A stretch of 63,801 bases of DNA, counting the filler, from Choristocarpus tenellus KU-1152 (taxonomy: Eukaryota > Protista > Phaeophyceae): assembly GCA_964200185.2 (NCBI GenBank). It is 15 parts of 15 records of this genome, joined end to end, with 100 filler letters (N's around TTAATTAATTAA, not from the genome) between each part and the next. Parts side by side here need not be neighbours in the genome. Positions count along the whole stretch, not along the records: positions 51,064 to 54,858 come from CAXNAD020017878.1; positions 54,959 to 57,710 come from CAXNAD020025048.1; positions 57,811 to 60,961 come from CAXNAD020021942.1; positions 61,062 to 63,801 come from CAXNAD020025155.1; 11 more parts are not named here. The stretch is one strand, 5' to 3'. The notes beneath the pieces were generated by a model, which worked only from the letters and a program-made list of their open reading frames with translations, was not told the origin of the DNA and ran no database searches. Below, one piece after another: positions 51,360-63,801 of the stretch (position 1 is the first letter of the stretch; each line of letters begins with the position of its first letter). A program made the translations under genes and the position numbers.

Positions 51360-51545
51360 GCGTTGGGAGGAGCGGATGCTCTCCTGGTTGCAGATGCACT
51401 GTATGGGTTTGCGCAGCTTACGGAGACAGCGGTGGGAGAGCTGAGGAGAGTCGCAGCTGTGGCAGAGGCCAGGGCAGAGGAGGAGGGTGGCAGAGCAAAG
51501 GAAAGGGAGGATGAGCTCAGGGAAGCTCAAGGGCTCATTGTGCAG
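51360..51545 (+). CDS. Probable internal exon of a coiled-coil protein
   Basis: AAG|...CAG|GTAGAT, 62 codons rich in E/A/R (ELRRVAAVAEARAEEEGGRAKEREDELREAQ). Confidence 0.55.
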
Positions 51546-52021
51546 GTAGATGAGGCTTTGGAGAGGACTTTTTTGGAGGGAGAGAGGGCGGCGGTGGTGG
51601 AGGGACTGGGGAACAGTATTTGCATGTGTTCATGTTTTTTGTTAAGCCCAGGGCATTTTAGTGGTGACTTATATTATATCAAGTAACGCGTTCTTGCTGT
51701 GAAAGGGATGAGCATAAATTGTATGTATGTGCTCCAGTACAACGAAAGATTTTACATATAATAATAAAAAAATAATAGCATTCTGGTATGTTTTTGTTCT
51801 TTTTTAATCAGTATGTTACTGGATTGATGTGTACTCTGTTGTAGTACTACTCAACTGTGTGCATTTATCCTTGTTTTTTTTTTATTGACTCCCTGAAAAC
51901 GACCAATACATACTGGGGAAGAAAATGTAGCCGGTTTATTTGTGGCCTGCTGATTTCGACAACAAATATATTGGAGGTGGCCGCTGACTGACTGACTGCA
52001 TTGTGGGTAGATCGGCTGGTC

Positions 52022-52108
52022 GGTATGATGGTATGATGGTATATGCTATACCGTTGGTGTGCAGGCGTACCGCTAATAGTGTAACATATACCATCATACC
52101 ATCGTACC
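52022..52108. repeat. Fold-back: 24-bp inverted arms built from GGTATGAT units
   Basis: 52022-52045 vs 52085-52108, one mismatch. Confidence 0.8.
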
Positions 52109-52349
52109 ATCATCAGTTTCTTTCACAGTCAAACATGGTGCGTTTAACCCCTGCTGTTTCTGCTTTGCTTTTCTGAACCAGACTTTGATGGAACTCCCAA
52201 GCGTGTTTGCTCTTATTTTTGTAAAGACGAGGGAGATGTCAAGTAGTTTGTGTCAGTCCCTTGTGCTTTTTTTCTTTTTTCCTTTTTTCCTTTTTTCTTT
52301 TTTCTTTTCCTCTCTCTTCCAGTTTGTGTGTGCGGTGTCCTCATGTGAC

Positions 52350-52422
52350 GGGTTTTGAAGGGGTTTTGAAGGGGTTTTGAAGGGGTTTTGAAGGGGTTTT
52401 GAAGGGGTTTTGAAGGGGTTTT
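52350..52422 (+). repeat. 11-bp tandem repeat (GAAGGGGTTTT)n, ~6 copies
   Basis: Directly visible. Confidence 0.95.
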
Positions 52423-52610
52423 TGTATGATGGTAGGGTTGTTGTCGGCGTGTCTGTTCTGCATATGGGTTCTTTGTACCTTGCTGTGGTTGATATGTGTA
52501 GGGTTATGGATAACCTGGTAGACTGCCAGTTGAAAGGTACACCCTTAGGTGCTCCTCTGCCCAACGTAAAGGGAAAGAGTGGTTGGTGTGAGGCAGAACA
52601 ATGGGATGGA

Positions 52611-52643
<33 letters not shown>

Positions 52644-54754
52644 TTCAAGAGTATGCATATTTTTAAACTGCAACTATATACGATGTAGTACTATGGTGGT
52701 AGTGGTATCCTCTTCCAGACAGAAAAATCTCAGAAATTTTCTTGAGTTGAGTTGAGTTGCAGAACTGAAAAGCGATCTTGAGATGGATCAGTAGTCCGTG
52801 TCTACAGCTGTTCATGCCAGGTTGAACTTTATCTACTCGAATTGCCTTTGTGGTGATCTGTACCAACCGCTGTGCCTGTACATCCACGCGCAATCTTGTT
52901 CTATCGTATGGAAGTATTAGAATCTATTTTTTTTATATCTACATCTTCCTTGAGTTCGATAAAAAAAACATTGGATGTAAATATATATATATATATATAT
53001 ATATGAGATTTGAAATATTGCTGACATCATCGGCTCTCAGATGCACCCCCTGGTTGATCAATGAGTCTCTTTCTCGCTACACGGCATTCTGTGCAGGTTG
53101 AAGTTGAAGTGAAGGGGGTCCGTTCAAACGAAATGTTTTTTGTTTTTTATTAAAATGTTTTTTGTTTTTTATTAAAATGTTTTTTGTTTTGGTGGACATT
53201 CTGTACTTGCATCCTGCGTTGAGGCTTTTGACAACCCATGAGCAGAGATGAGTTGGATCATGGGAGGCGTTGTCGTACAGGCGATGTGTCTAGATGGCGG
53301 TTTCATAAATGCCATTTGTTACCTTGAAGTCCTAGATTTTATTTATTTTTTTGTACTCTCTTGACTATTTATTATTTAGCCATTATGAAGCCACACGCTC
53401 ACAACGAGCGGTGGTTCAGTCCTATTTATAGCCTAACCCTAATGATAACCATGTAATACATCATTGAAGTGAGATATCCAGTCATATTCAACGACATATC
53501 CTTTATGGCCCCATTACGACCTATCTCAAGGACACCAACACACACACACACACACACACATAAATTTATTTTATTTTGTTTCTAAGATGAGCATATGTAT
53601 ACACATATGAGATTTTTTTTAAATATAAACTGGATCTTCGTTGGGCCTTTGATAATATTGCAGTGTTCAATACGGGGTTTCTATTGATTTAGTTGGCGGT
53701 ATATTGTTACTAGGAAAAAAAAACTGTTGACGGTATAATGTGGAATCGCTTGTACCATTCACGGTATAACACCTAGCACCATACCGCTCCGATGACTGCC
53801 AATTTCCTGGACAGTGTAATAGCGAGAGAAATTTCTGGATAGGTCGACGGCCTGCAGATATTTCATGAATCGTTAATGCTTCCATATCTTTAGAGCACTA
53901 CTGGGGTTGTTAACGATAGTCATTTAAAGAAAAAATCAGAGGTAGGTGAAGCCTATTCTACGTGGTGGTTTTCAAATGCTTTTTGTGTTGAGAGTCACGT
54001 GGTCTTAAAAGAACTTTGGAGGGATGGAGGGAAGACACGACCGTAAGCGTACCGTAGGATTAATTTCCGGAAGGGTTAGGTATACCTTTTTCCTGTCACA
54101 CTATCCTGCTGAGGATTTTTATTTTTTTGTTCTTCTCGAAGTCTTTTTTTTTTCTTGGTTGGAATAGAAGTACGACAGTGTGATGTGTAAGGGAGTAATG
54201 GGTACAAGTCTTCCATGGTGTACGTCGATGGAATTGCAAGGGAGGCGGCGATGCCCCTCTGGTCTGAGGGTTCAATCCAGGTTCGAATTTCAAATTCCAG
54301 CCACACCAAACCCGGTTCGGTGGTGCAGTGGTGGGAGAGAGAACGGTGGAAGTATAAAAGATTGCTTCAAGTTGCTGAATCTCTTTTGAGCCTTTTTTTT
54401 TTTTTAAGGCTTATTTATTATGTTTCTGCTCCAGCAAGTGCTGTGAAAGGCACCATTCACGGGTTGTGGTGCGGCTCTGGGGCGGTGCTCTGGGCACAGA
54501 AAGGACAGTCTTTTTTTTTTTTGTCCAAGTTCCATCTCACGCCCCTGTTTGTGTACGTACCTCTCACTGGGTTAGGGTTAGAGTTAGGGTTGGGGTTGTT
54601 GAGTGCGATCCTGAAAGTCCGTTGCGTGCGAGGAAAGGAGGGTTGAGTATTTTTTTTAATACATATATACACATACATACATACATATATTTATTTTTTT
54701 TTTTGGCGCGTGTGTGTCAGTTTGATATATATTTTTTCTTTTAAGGTGAGCAAG

Positions 54755-54786
<32 letters not shown>

Positions 54787-55899
54787 TGGGGGGGGGTGGG
54801 GAAGTGGTGTCGTCCTTTTTTTCTTGCATTTAGATTTTTTGTTTTTTTTTTTTCGGGGNNNNNNNNNNNNNNNNNNNNNNNNNNNNNNNNNNNNNNNNNN
54901 NNTTAATTAATTAANNNNNNNNNNNNNNNNNNNNNNNNNNNNNNNNNNNNNNNNNNNNCACCCCCCCAGATACTTTGACCCATCTGTAGGGGTATTCACA
55001 TCGGTTGAAAGGCGTTCATAACGGTGGAGGTCGAGCAAAATCCAAAATACTCTTGTCTCTTGGCCGACCCATCGACCAATATCGACCCCTAACCTATTAT
55101 TTAATGAAACCTTCGCCGTAAGCCGTCATCGTTTTTTTCTTGGGACTATTCTTGATGGGTGATTCGCTTATTATATGCTTCCTCCTTCCACAAATCAACT
55201 TTTCTCCAGTTTTTTTTTTCCCAGGACCACAACAGTTTGCTGGAGGGAGGGGTCGGACAGGGGCCGCAGTCTGGTCTGTGTTCTGGATGGTCCACTCTGG
55301 TCCTCCTAACCACATATTTTCCCCACACCGGACGAGTTTACGATCTCGATGACGGGTTCGGCCCTGTAAACCCAATTTTTTTCTCGGATTGGTCTGGTTA
55401 TGCTCTCTGATGGACCTGGACCGGTCCTGTTCAATGATAATGCTTGTCAGATTCTTGAGATACTTCCCTAGCTCCTCACCCTGTGGAGTAGGGTTAAGCT
55501 AGGTTAGAGGCATAGCAGGTGAGTGGTGTAGCATAACTGGTAACCAAAGAGTAAACATGTTTGAGAGAGATATATCTTTCACAATTACACTGTTACTTAT
55601 ACAGAGGTTCTTATGATATTGAGTTGGCTTTTCCCTGACACACCCACACAATCTCAGACGACAAAATAATTAATAAATTAATATAATATATTATTTGGAT
55701 GACCCTGTCAAATGCGAAAAAGAAAAAGTGAAAATCAATACTAGTATAATCTCAGAAACAAAATAAGATACTTTTTTCTGTTAATTAGTGATGAGTGCCT
55801 GTCACGTCCCTCTCCCTCACCAATTTTGCCCCCTTCCGTACATTTTTTTTGGTGAGCTGTTGTTGAGGAGATGAAACATGCGATTTGGGAAGAAGGCTA

Positions 55900-56620
55900 A
55901 CATGCCTGTTACTTGGTTGAATGACAGACCTTTTGTTGAGCTGGAGCGATCAGGGAATTCAGCTCAGTTGATGTGGATGGGGATGATGAGCAAGCTTCTC
56001 TATGGTTACATCATCGGGTGTTAATACACCTGACTTCATGGTTGATGTATATGATAACGTGCTAAGCATTTTCATGTCCCGACCAAGTCAAAGGAAGGTG
56101 TCGAGATTGCTGTGGCGACATGTACATACCGTGGGTAATGGAGGAGTCCAGAGGTGTGGATCAGCAGGGGTTGCACCCACAGTACTAATCCGAAAAAAGG
56201 TCGAACTTTCAGAGAGAAGTTAAAAAAGCAGGAAATCACCAAGTATGTGCTAGAGGACGAGGTGGTAGAAGAGAAAGATATTGACCTCCTTGGGTAGAGG
56301 AAGGAGGAAGCTACTTCCAAAGACTGATTATTAGAAAGGCAGGGTGCCGTAGAAGGCACAACTGCTTCTGTTGGCGCTGCTTGCCGGACTCTACCATGGC
56401 ATTGGCTACATGAGTTGTCAGGCTGAGAGAAAATTTGAACTCCTCCCTGATGCTCAGGGCGTTGTGACCTGGAATTGGTGAGTGCAGAAATTTTAAGAGT
56501 CTGACGTACTTGTGGTTCAATTGGCACCTTATTGAGGAGGCAGGCAAGGACTATGAGGAAATGGAGGCACTGAAACGCAAGCAGGACGAATCATTGGCAG
56601 TAGTGGTTGCTTTCCAGAAG
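55900..56620 (+). pseudogene. Decayed hAT transposase C-terminus (dimerisation domain)
   Basis: EITKYVLED..DIDLLG*RK (cf. DxLxWWK) and LALLAGLYHGIGYMSCQAERKF (cf. LAxxYLxIxATSxxxERxFS). Confidence 0.65.
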
Positions 56621-56918
56621 AGGATGGCTGGGCAAACACTCAATTGTTTTTTGATCATGCATTTCTTCCACGTATACGACGTAACGCGAACAATTCCGTA
56701 CTAGAGCTCTAGTACACAACCGTAGAACAATATAATACTGAAAAGTTGCAAACGCTATATTGATGTATACTTGTGTCATTTGTGTATGTAACACACTGCT
56801 GTACATACACGCCCTCTGACATTTTCAAAATATTCTGAGGAAACACAATGACATGACACATGCCATTCAACTATTCATCCAGAGTTGAGTGTCACTCAAC
56901 AACGTCATTCCGACGGGG

Positions 56919-57158
56919 GACCCAGAGCATTTTTGAGGTAGGAGTTTTGCCCTGTTTGTCTGTTCGGGGCTTCACTTCGCATGGGTTTTGATGCTCTTTT
57001 TCTGTTTTCTGTGTAAACACAGTTACCTAAAATGTGTACGACTATGAAAGGTGTGTACAGAGCAAAAATATTGACACTTGCTAACAAACAAGATAGCCAA
57101 AATTAATCAAAATCGCAACATTGAACGGACTTGGCCCTACCCTCTTAAATGCTTCACT
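56919..57158 (-). mobile_element. MITE family A' copy, internally deleted
   Basis: GACCCAGAGCATTTTTGAGGTA...ACCCTCTTAAATGCTT; homologous to 38769-39053. Confidence 0.8.
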
Positions 57159-57391
57159 TGGGGATGAGGGAGGGAGGGGTGATCGCCAAGGTAAGAGGGG
57201 AATGTTAAATACAGGGAGGCTCATGCTCACACTCTCCTTCTAGATTCAGAAAGTAGTAGGAAAGCACAAGAGACAAAGAAAAGAACGGTGTTGCGCCATT
57301 AAAGCAACTACATACATAGAGTAAATGCGATGTCAATAGCTACATACATATAGTTCTACTGTTGTTGTTGCTATTGTATTACACAAAGTGT

Positions 57392-57392
<1 letters not shown>

Positions 57393-57435
<43 letters not shown>
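57393..57435. repeat. (ACT)n microsatellite
   Basis: Directly visible. Confidence 0.95.
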
Positions 57436-57436
<1 letters not shown>

Positions 57437-57810
57437 ACAACAATACTATATACAGTCGCTGCAACGGTCGCTGTATTAATGGTACTACTAGTGATAGTAG
57501 TATTATACCTCTAAACACTCAAAACCTAGGAGTGTTGTTCTCATTTGGGAATACAAAACTCATTCTTGTCTTTTGATGACTATTATTGAAAAAAAGAGCC
57601 TCTTTTCCACGAAAAACAAAAATATCACTTCATCTTGTCAACGCATTTAACAGGGGATTCGCAAAATTGAGGATGGAGCGGGACTATGAGGATGGTTGTT
57701 CTGCGAAAACNNNNNNNNNNNNNNNNNNNNNNNNNNNNNNNNNNNNNNNNNNNNTTAATTAATTAANNNNNNNNNNNNNNNNNNNNNNNNNNNNNNNNNN
57801 NNNNNNNNNN

Positions 57811-57971
57811 GGGGTATCAGCGTCCGCTTTTCACCCTTTTTTCGATTTTCACTTTTTGGTGTGATTTGGTTGCACGTGTCGGATTTGAAATGTCAGCAAT
57901 AAAAAGTGTTGTTTGACCGAAACGGACGCCCCGCCACAAACCACCACCACCACCCCCAGATACTTTGACCC
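57811..57971 (+). mobile_element. MITE family B' copy at contig start
   Basis: Shares GTGATTTGGTTGCA..TGTCGGAT core with B; ends CCCCAGATACTTTGACCC. Confidence 0.82.
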
Positions 57972-59176
57972 AATTGATTCCCTTGAAGGTTGTTTGTCAC
58001 ATATCACTTTATATCACATAGCCAGACCTATTCAATATAGCAGTGTATGTCTTTTGTGTGTGACCACAGATCATTGGGGAAAGACTTTTTTCCTCCGGTT
58101 GTGTAATATGATTGAGTCAGAAATCTTGACTTTGCAGTTTGTCATTTTTATACCCAGTCCAGTGAAAATTTTATGTGGGAGAAATCATATTTTATTCACA
58201 TAAGTGTGCACACACTGCCATAGAGGCAAGACTAACGTCCAATGAAGCAATAGACATGCACTATGTAGTGTCAATCAATGTAATCATTCTGTCTATATGA
58301 TGCAGGGTTTTGTAGTATGATTGAAGGGTTTGTAGCACAGAATACATAATAGATAAATAATGCGCATGGCAAAGAATGGGTAGCAGTGAATTGCAGTTTT
58401 CAAGTGAAGGTTTGTGCATACTTTATGGTGTAATAATAAGAATATGCTATTGTATATTTTGATTGAGATGTGGTTCACACTGTAGCTATTGTTTGTGCAT
58501 GTTGGTTGGCATAGGCCTTGCTTGTGCGAGGTCAAATTATTGTTATGATGAATATTACTATTATTATTACTTTTTATGCGATTTGTAGTGCCGTGTGTGT
58601 GTGTGTGTGTCTTTCTATCCAGCGGTGGTTGAGTTATGTATGTAATGTAATTTATTTGGTATATGTGGGTGTATTTTAGCAAGTGAGAGGTCTGATGTGA
58701 TGTGGGTACTGAAGTGAAGTAATACTTCGACAAGAATAATGAGTATACACTTCCATGTATTTATATTAGTAGGTATACTGGCTGAACAGGGGTTGGTGTA
58801 CTCCACCGAAGAACACAGGTCTAATATGTCCACTATTCTTGATATGTTAAATACATAATGTCCACTATTCTTGGGAGAGTTATTTGGGAGGAAGATGGCA
58901 ATGGTGTTAAAATCAGGGTCATTAAGAATTGGTAAGAAAGAGAGTGTAGGCATAAAATAGATTCGATTTTTTTTAAATCTATGGAGTGCGAAAGTCTTCC
59001 CTTTGGGTGGAAATATAGCCAGCTCTGTGTATCAGACAATACGACTGATATCTTGTAGAGTGGGAGTTGCACGAGAGATCTGGCATGCTATTGCAGTATC
59101 TTGTTTTTGATCTCCCACTACTCAAATTTGTTATCAGTACCAGAGATTAGAGTAGATATTGTCATCATCCAATTGA

Positions 59177-60961
<1,785 letters not shown>

Positions 60962-61191
60962 NNNNNNNNNNNNNNNNNNNNNNNNNNNNNNNNNNNNNNN
61001 NNNNNTTAATTAATTAANNNNNNNNNNNNNNNNNNNNNNNNNNNNNNNNNNNNNNNNNNNNACTACAATTGGTCATTCTTCTTGAGGGCTGTCCCCCCCA
61101 CCACCCCCCCCCCCCCTCCCCCCCTTAAGCCTTTTCAATTGCATTTTTGGTGCTTGACTCGTGGGGTATTGAAAGGTTTGAATGTTGTGTA

Positions 61192-61229
<38 letters not shown>

Positions 61230-61949
61230 TGCTTTTTTATTTTTCTATGGTTGTTGTCCACATTCTATGGACGCACCTGGTTATGTGTGTCATTGTTGTA
61301 CATGTTCATTTTGTACATTGTTGTTCATTTTGTACATTTTGTACATTGTTGTACATTTTGTACATGTTGTACATACAGAGGCCTAGACGAAGCTAATTGT
61401 TTGCAGTAATGGTCATCTCATGTGATGGGGCGGAATATGCGTGGGAGTTTTGGTCCGATGCAGGTACACTTCTCAAGGATTGGTGGGATATTGTGGGCAT
61501 AGATGCATACTCATATTTTGTCCTGACATGGGAAATATGGTCCCTGTATTGCATGTTTTTCCGAGTGTCCCTTCTTGCTCTTTAGGGTTAGGGTTGTAGA
61601 CTGTGAGACTTTGTGACTTGGGTTTTTGTTTTTGTTTCAAACTTTTGAAAAAAACAAAATATGATTTCTGTCATACAAAATCGATCTGTCAAATAAAATG
61701 GCTGTTCCTGTCATAAATCCGAGTTATCGTGTGCATTGGACATTGGGGCACATCCTCGCAAATAGAAAGGAGTTTCAACTCTTTCATTTGATTGGTGGAT
61801 CCCAGTGGTTTGTTCCCGTTCATATTTCTGAGAGATGGCGAGGGGTTTGACCGATGAAACTTCATTATACTGTAATTAATGCAACTTGGGCTCACAAGGT
61901 CGAATCATTGTGGAGGGATTCAAATCGTATGTAATTGTACCAGGGGACT

Positions 61950-62335
61950 GTATGTGTTTCACAGATAGGAGAGTAGTACACATCAAGTGTTAGTACATTG
62001 TGTATAAGAGACTAGTACATATCAAATGTTTCTACACATTTCATAGATAGGAGAGGCTCAAAGTATCTGGGGGGAGGGTGACGACTCCCCATTTGGGGCC
62101 CATTTTTCCATGTCACTATTTTTGGCTGATTTGGTTGCATGCGTTGGATGGGCAATGTAAGTTCACTTCTCCTGGTCAGGGCCTGAACAAACACCCTGGT
62201 GTAGACCCCCCCCCCACCCCCCAGACACTTTGAGCCAGAGTAGTACATACAAAGTGTTTTTACATTTTTACAGATAGGAGATAAGCCGCACTGACCAATC
62301 ATTGTACATGTTTTCAACACAGGAGTAGTGGAACT
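61950..62335 (+). repeat. Degenerate ~41-bp minisatellite (AGATAGGAGAGTAGTACA core) interrupted by a MITE
   Basis: Units start at about 61961, 62002, 62043 (continuing at 62237) and 62269. Confidence 0.7.
62055..62236 (+). mobile_element. MITE family B full copy, TSD AGA
   Basis: AGA|GGCTCAAAGTATCTGGGGG...CCCCAGACACTTTGAGCC|AGA. Confidence 0.93.
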
Positions 62336-63431
62336 GGTACCCTAAAAGGGAGAGCTGAGGACTGATATATGGTTAAATCATTTTTAACTTTTTAACTAGT
62401 AGAAGTTATGCAACGAAAAAAGATCTAATCTGGGGACATGAATGACCTGCTAGAGATGTCATGTCACCCACTACAACATGCCAGTTTTTTGAAAAGGGGT
62501 TGATATCTTTTGTACTATGATAGGATAGCAAGGGAACGGAGTATTGACTGTTAAGTAATTACAGTGGTACTGGTGACCTAAGATTTGTGTACAATTCTTT
62601 CCTGCTGAAGAAATCACAATGGTAAGTTTTGTGTACAATTATTCCTTCCTGTTAAATAAATCGCAATGGTAAGATTTGTCTACTGTGATGAGGTAGGGGC
62701 AGATCACCAATAGACGATTTTTTGCACAGGGATATATGATCGGCTAATGTTGATAAATCGGTGAGTTCTTGTCTATGCATGCATGAGGTAGTGTGAATGG
62801 TGAACCAAGAAGGGTATTTCAACAAACCTCGATTAGTACACCATTCCTCAACATTGAGTATAGTGCTCATCACATGTTTTTTGGCACAAGATTCCTGTGC
62901 AGAAATGATTTGTTAGTACCTCAATGATTTACGCACAAATAGTTCTTCCTGTTTTTTGTGTTCTGATTTGTGAGGAACAAATGAGTCGAAATAAATTGTG
63001 ATTTGTCCGACGTGAGCATGGTTTTGTGACATACAAAGGTTCACGTGTGAAGACCGTTGTTACATGTGTGAAATACACTCGGAGGCTCATTTTTGAGCGA
63101 TTTGTAGCACAAGTACTTTTGAGGCATATTTCGTGTTGTATGTATACATACTACAGAAAACATTGGAAACAGCTGTACCTGGCAAGAAGGATAGTGTTGA
63201 CAAATAGCGGGGAGAAGCGTCCCGTACACGTTTGTTTAGACGCTTTGTGTGCTGCTTTAACACAGTAAAGCGTGGCATGTCCTTCACCCTTGTGTGTGTA
63301 TACGCCATGCATATTTGTCCTCTACAAGCAACTGCTACCAATTCTAAGGGGATTCTACTTCCATCTTCATGAGTCTTAACCCACTCCGACACCCCCCAAT
63401 CTCCTGACCCTCTATGCATTGTTTCCTTCAG

Positions 63432-63725
63432 GGCTCGGATGATCCAGACCTGATGATAATGTTCCCAGGTTTTTCCGGTAGTAGAGGAAGCATAGCCACT
63501 ACAGAAAAAGATAAAGGTCCTGAAGGTCTCTCAACAGATACCACTGTGGCGTCCTCTGGCAGTTCAGCTTTGAACGATAAGAAGGAAGTGGGTGGGGGTG
63601 GAGGTGGGGAGCGGGGGAAGATGGAAATGATTCTTGTCTCAAGGGAGGAGGAAAAGATTGAGGAGGACTGTGCTACACTTGAGAGGGCGGCACACTATGG
63701 ACTGATGCTAAGTGCTGATCTGCAG
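63432..63725 (+). CDS. Probable internal exon (98 codons) of an unknown protein
   Basis: TTTCCTTCAG|GSDDPDLMIMFPG...HYGLMLSADLQ|GTTTGT, fully open. Confidence 0.6.
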
Positions 63726-63801
63726 GTTTGTGGACTGGGAACTGGGGGTTGGGGGGGGGGAGGGGAAGGGGAAGGGGGGGGGGTAGAGGATTGGGGCGGT
63801 G

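Noticed and set aside
54215-54390. VVQWWERERWKYKRLLQVAESLL, resembling a hAT dimerisation motif
   Set aside because: Isolated, with no following ERxFS-type motif
56884-56900. Palindrome GTTGAGTG-T-CACTCAAC containing MITE A terminal pentamers
   Set aside because: Flanks are inverted rather than duplicated; cannot be distinguished from chance

Overview
Eukaryotic nuclear DNA, not one locus. Fifteen short contigs are joined by 100-bp artificial linkers (N44-TTAATTAATTAA-N44) at 3592, 8524, 13910, 20581, 23547, 30941, 33745, 38085, 41556, 47896, 50964, 54859, 57711 and 60962, so adjacency across linkers means nothing. GT-AG introns, TTAGGG repeats, a GRK-like kinase and a class II ribonucleotide reductase suggest a stramenopile, probably a brown alga (inference). 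Host gene pieces: last exon of a B12-dependent class II RNR, five exons of a GRK-like kinase, a complete calmodulin-like gene head-to-head with a large EF-hand-like gene, kinesin-13 exons, an NPC1/Patched-family exon, a PH-domain exon and several anonymous exons. The rest is mobile DNA: decayed mariner, hAT, Copia, Gypsy and LINE remnants, a solo LTR with a 5-bp TSD, and about 25 full or partial copies of three MITE families. These families share terminal and subterminal motifs and make 3-bp variable TSDs. The most notable signals are this MITE guild, the class II RNR, CpG decay in repeats, a Copia 5' end with an inverted LTR copy, and a 54-bp TG...CA micro-element. All alignments were done by eye.
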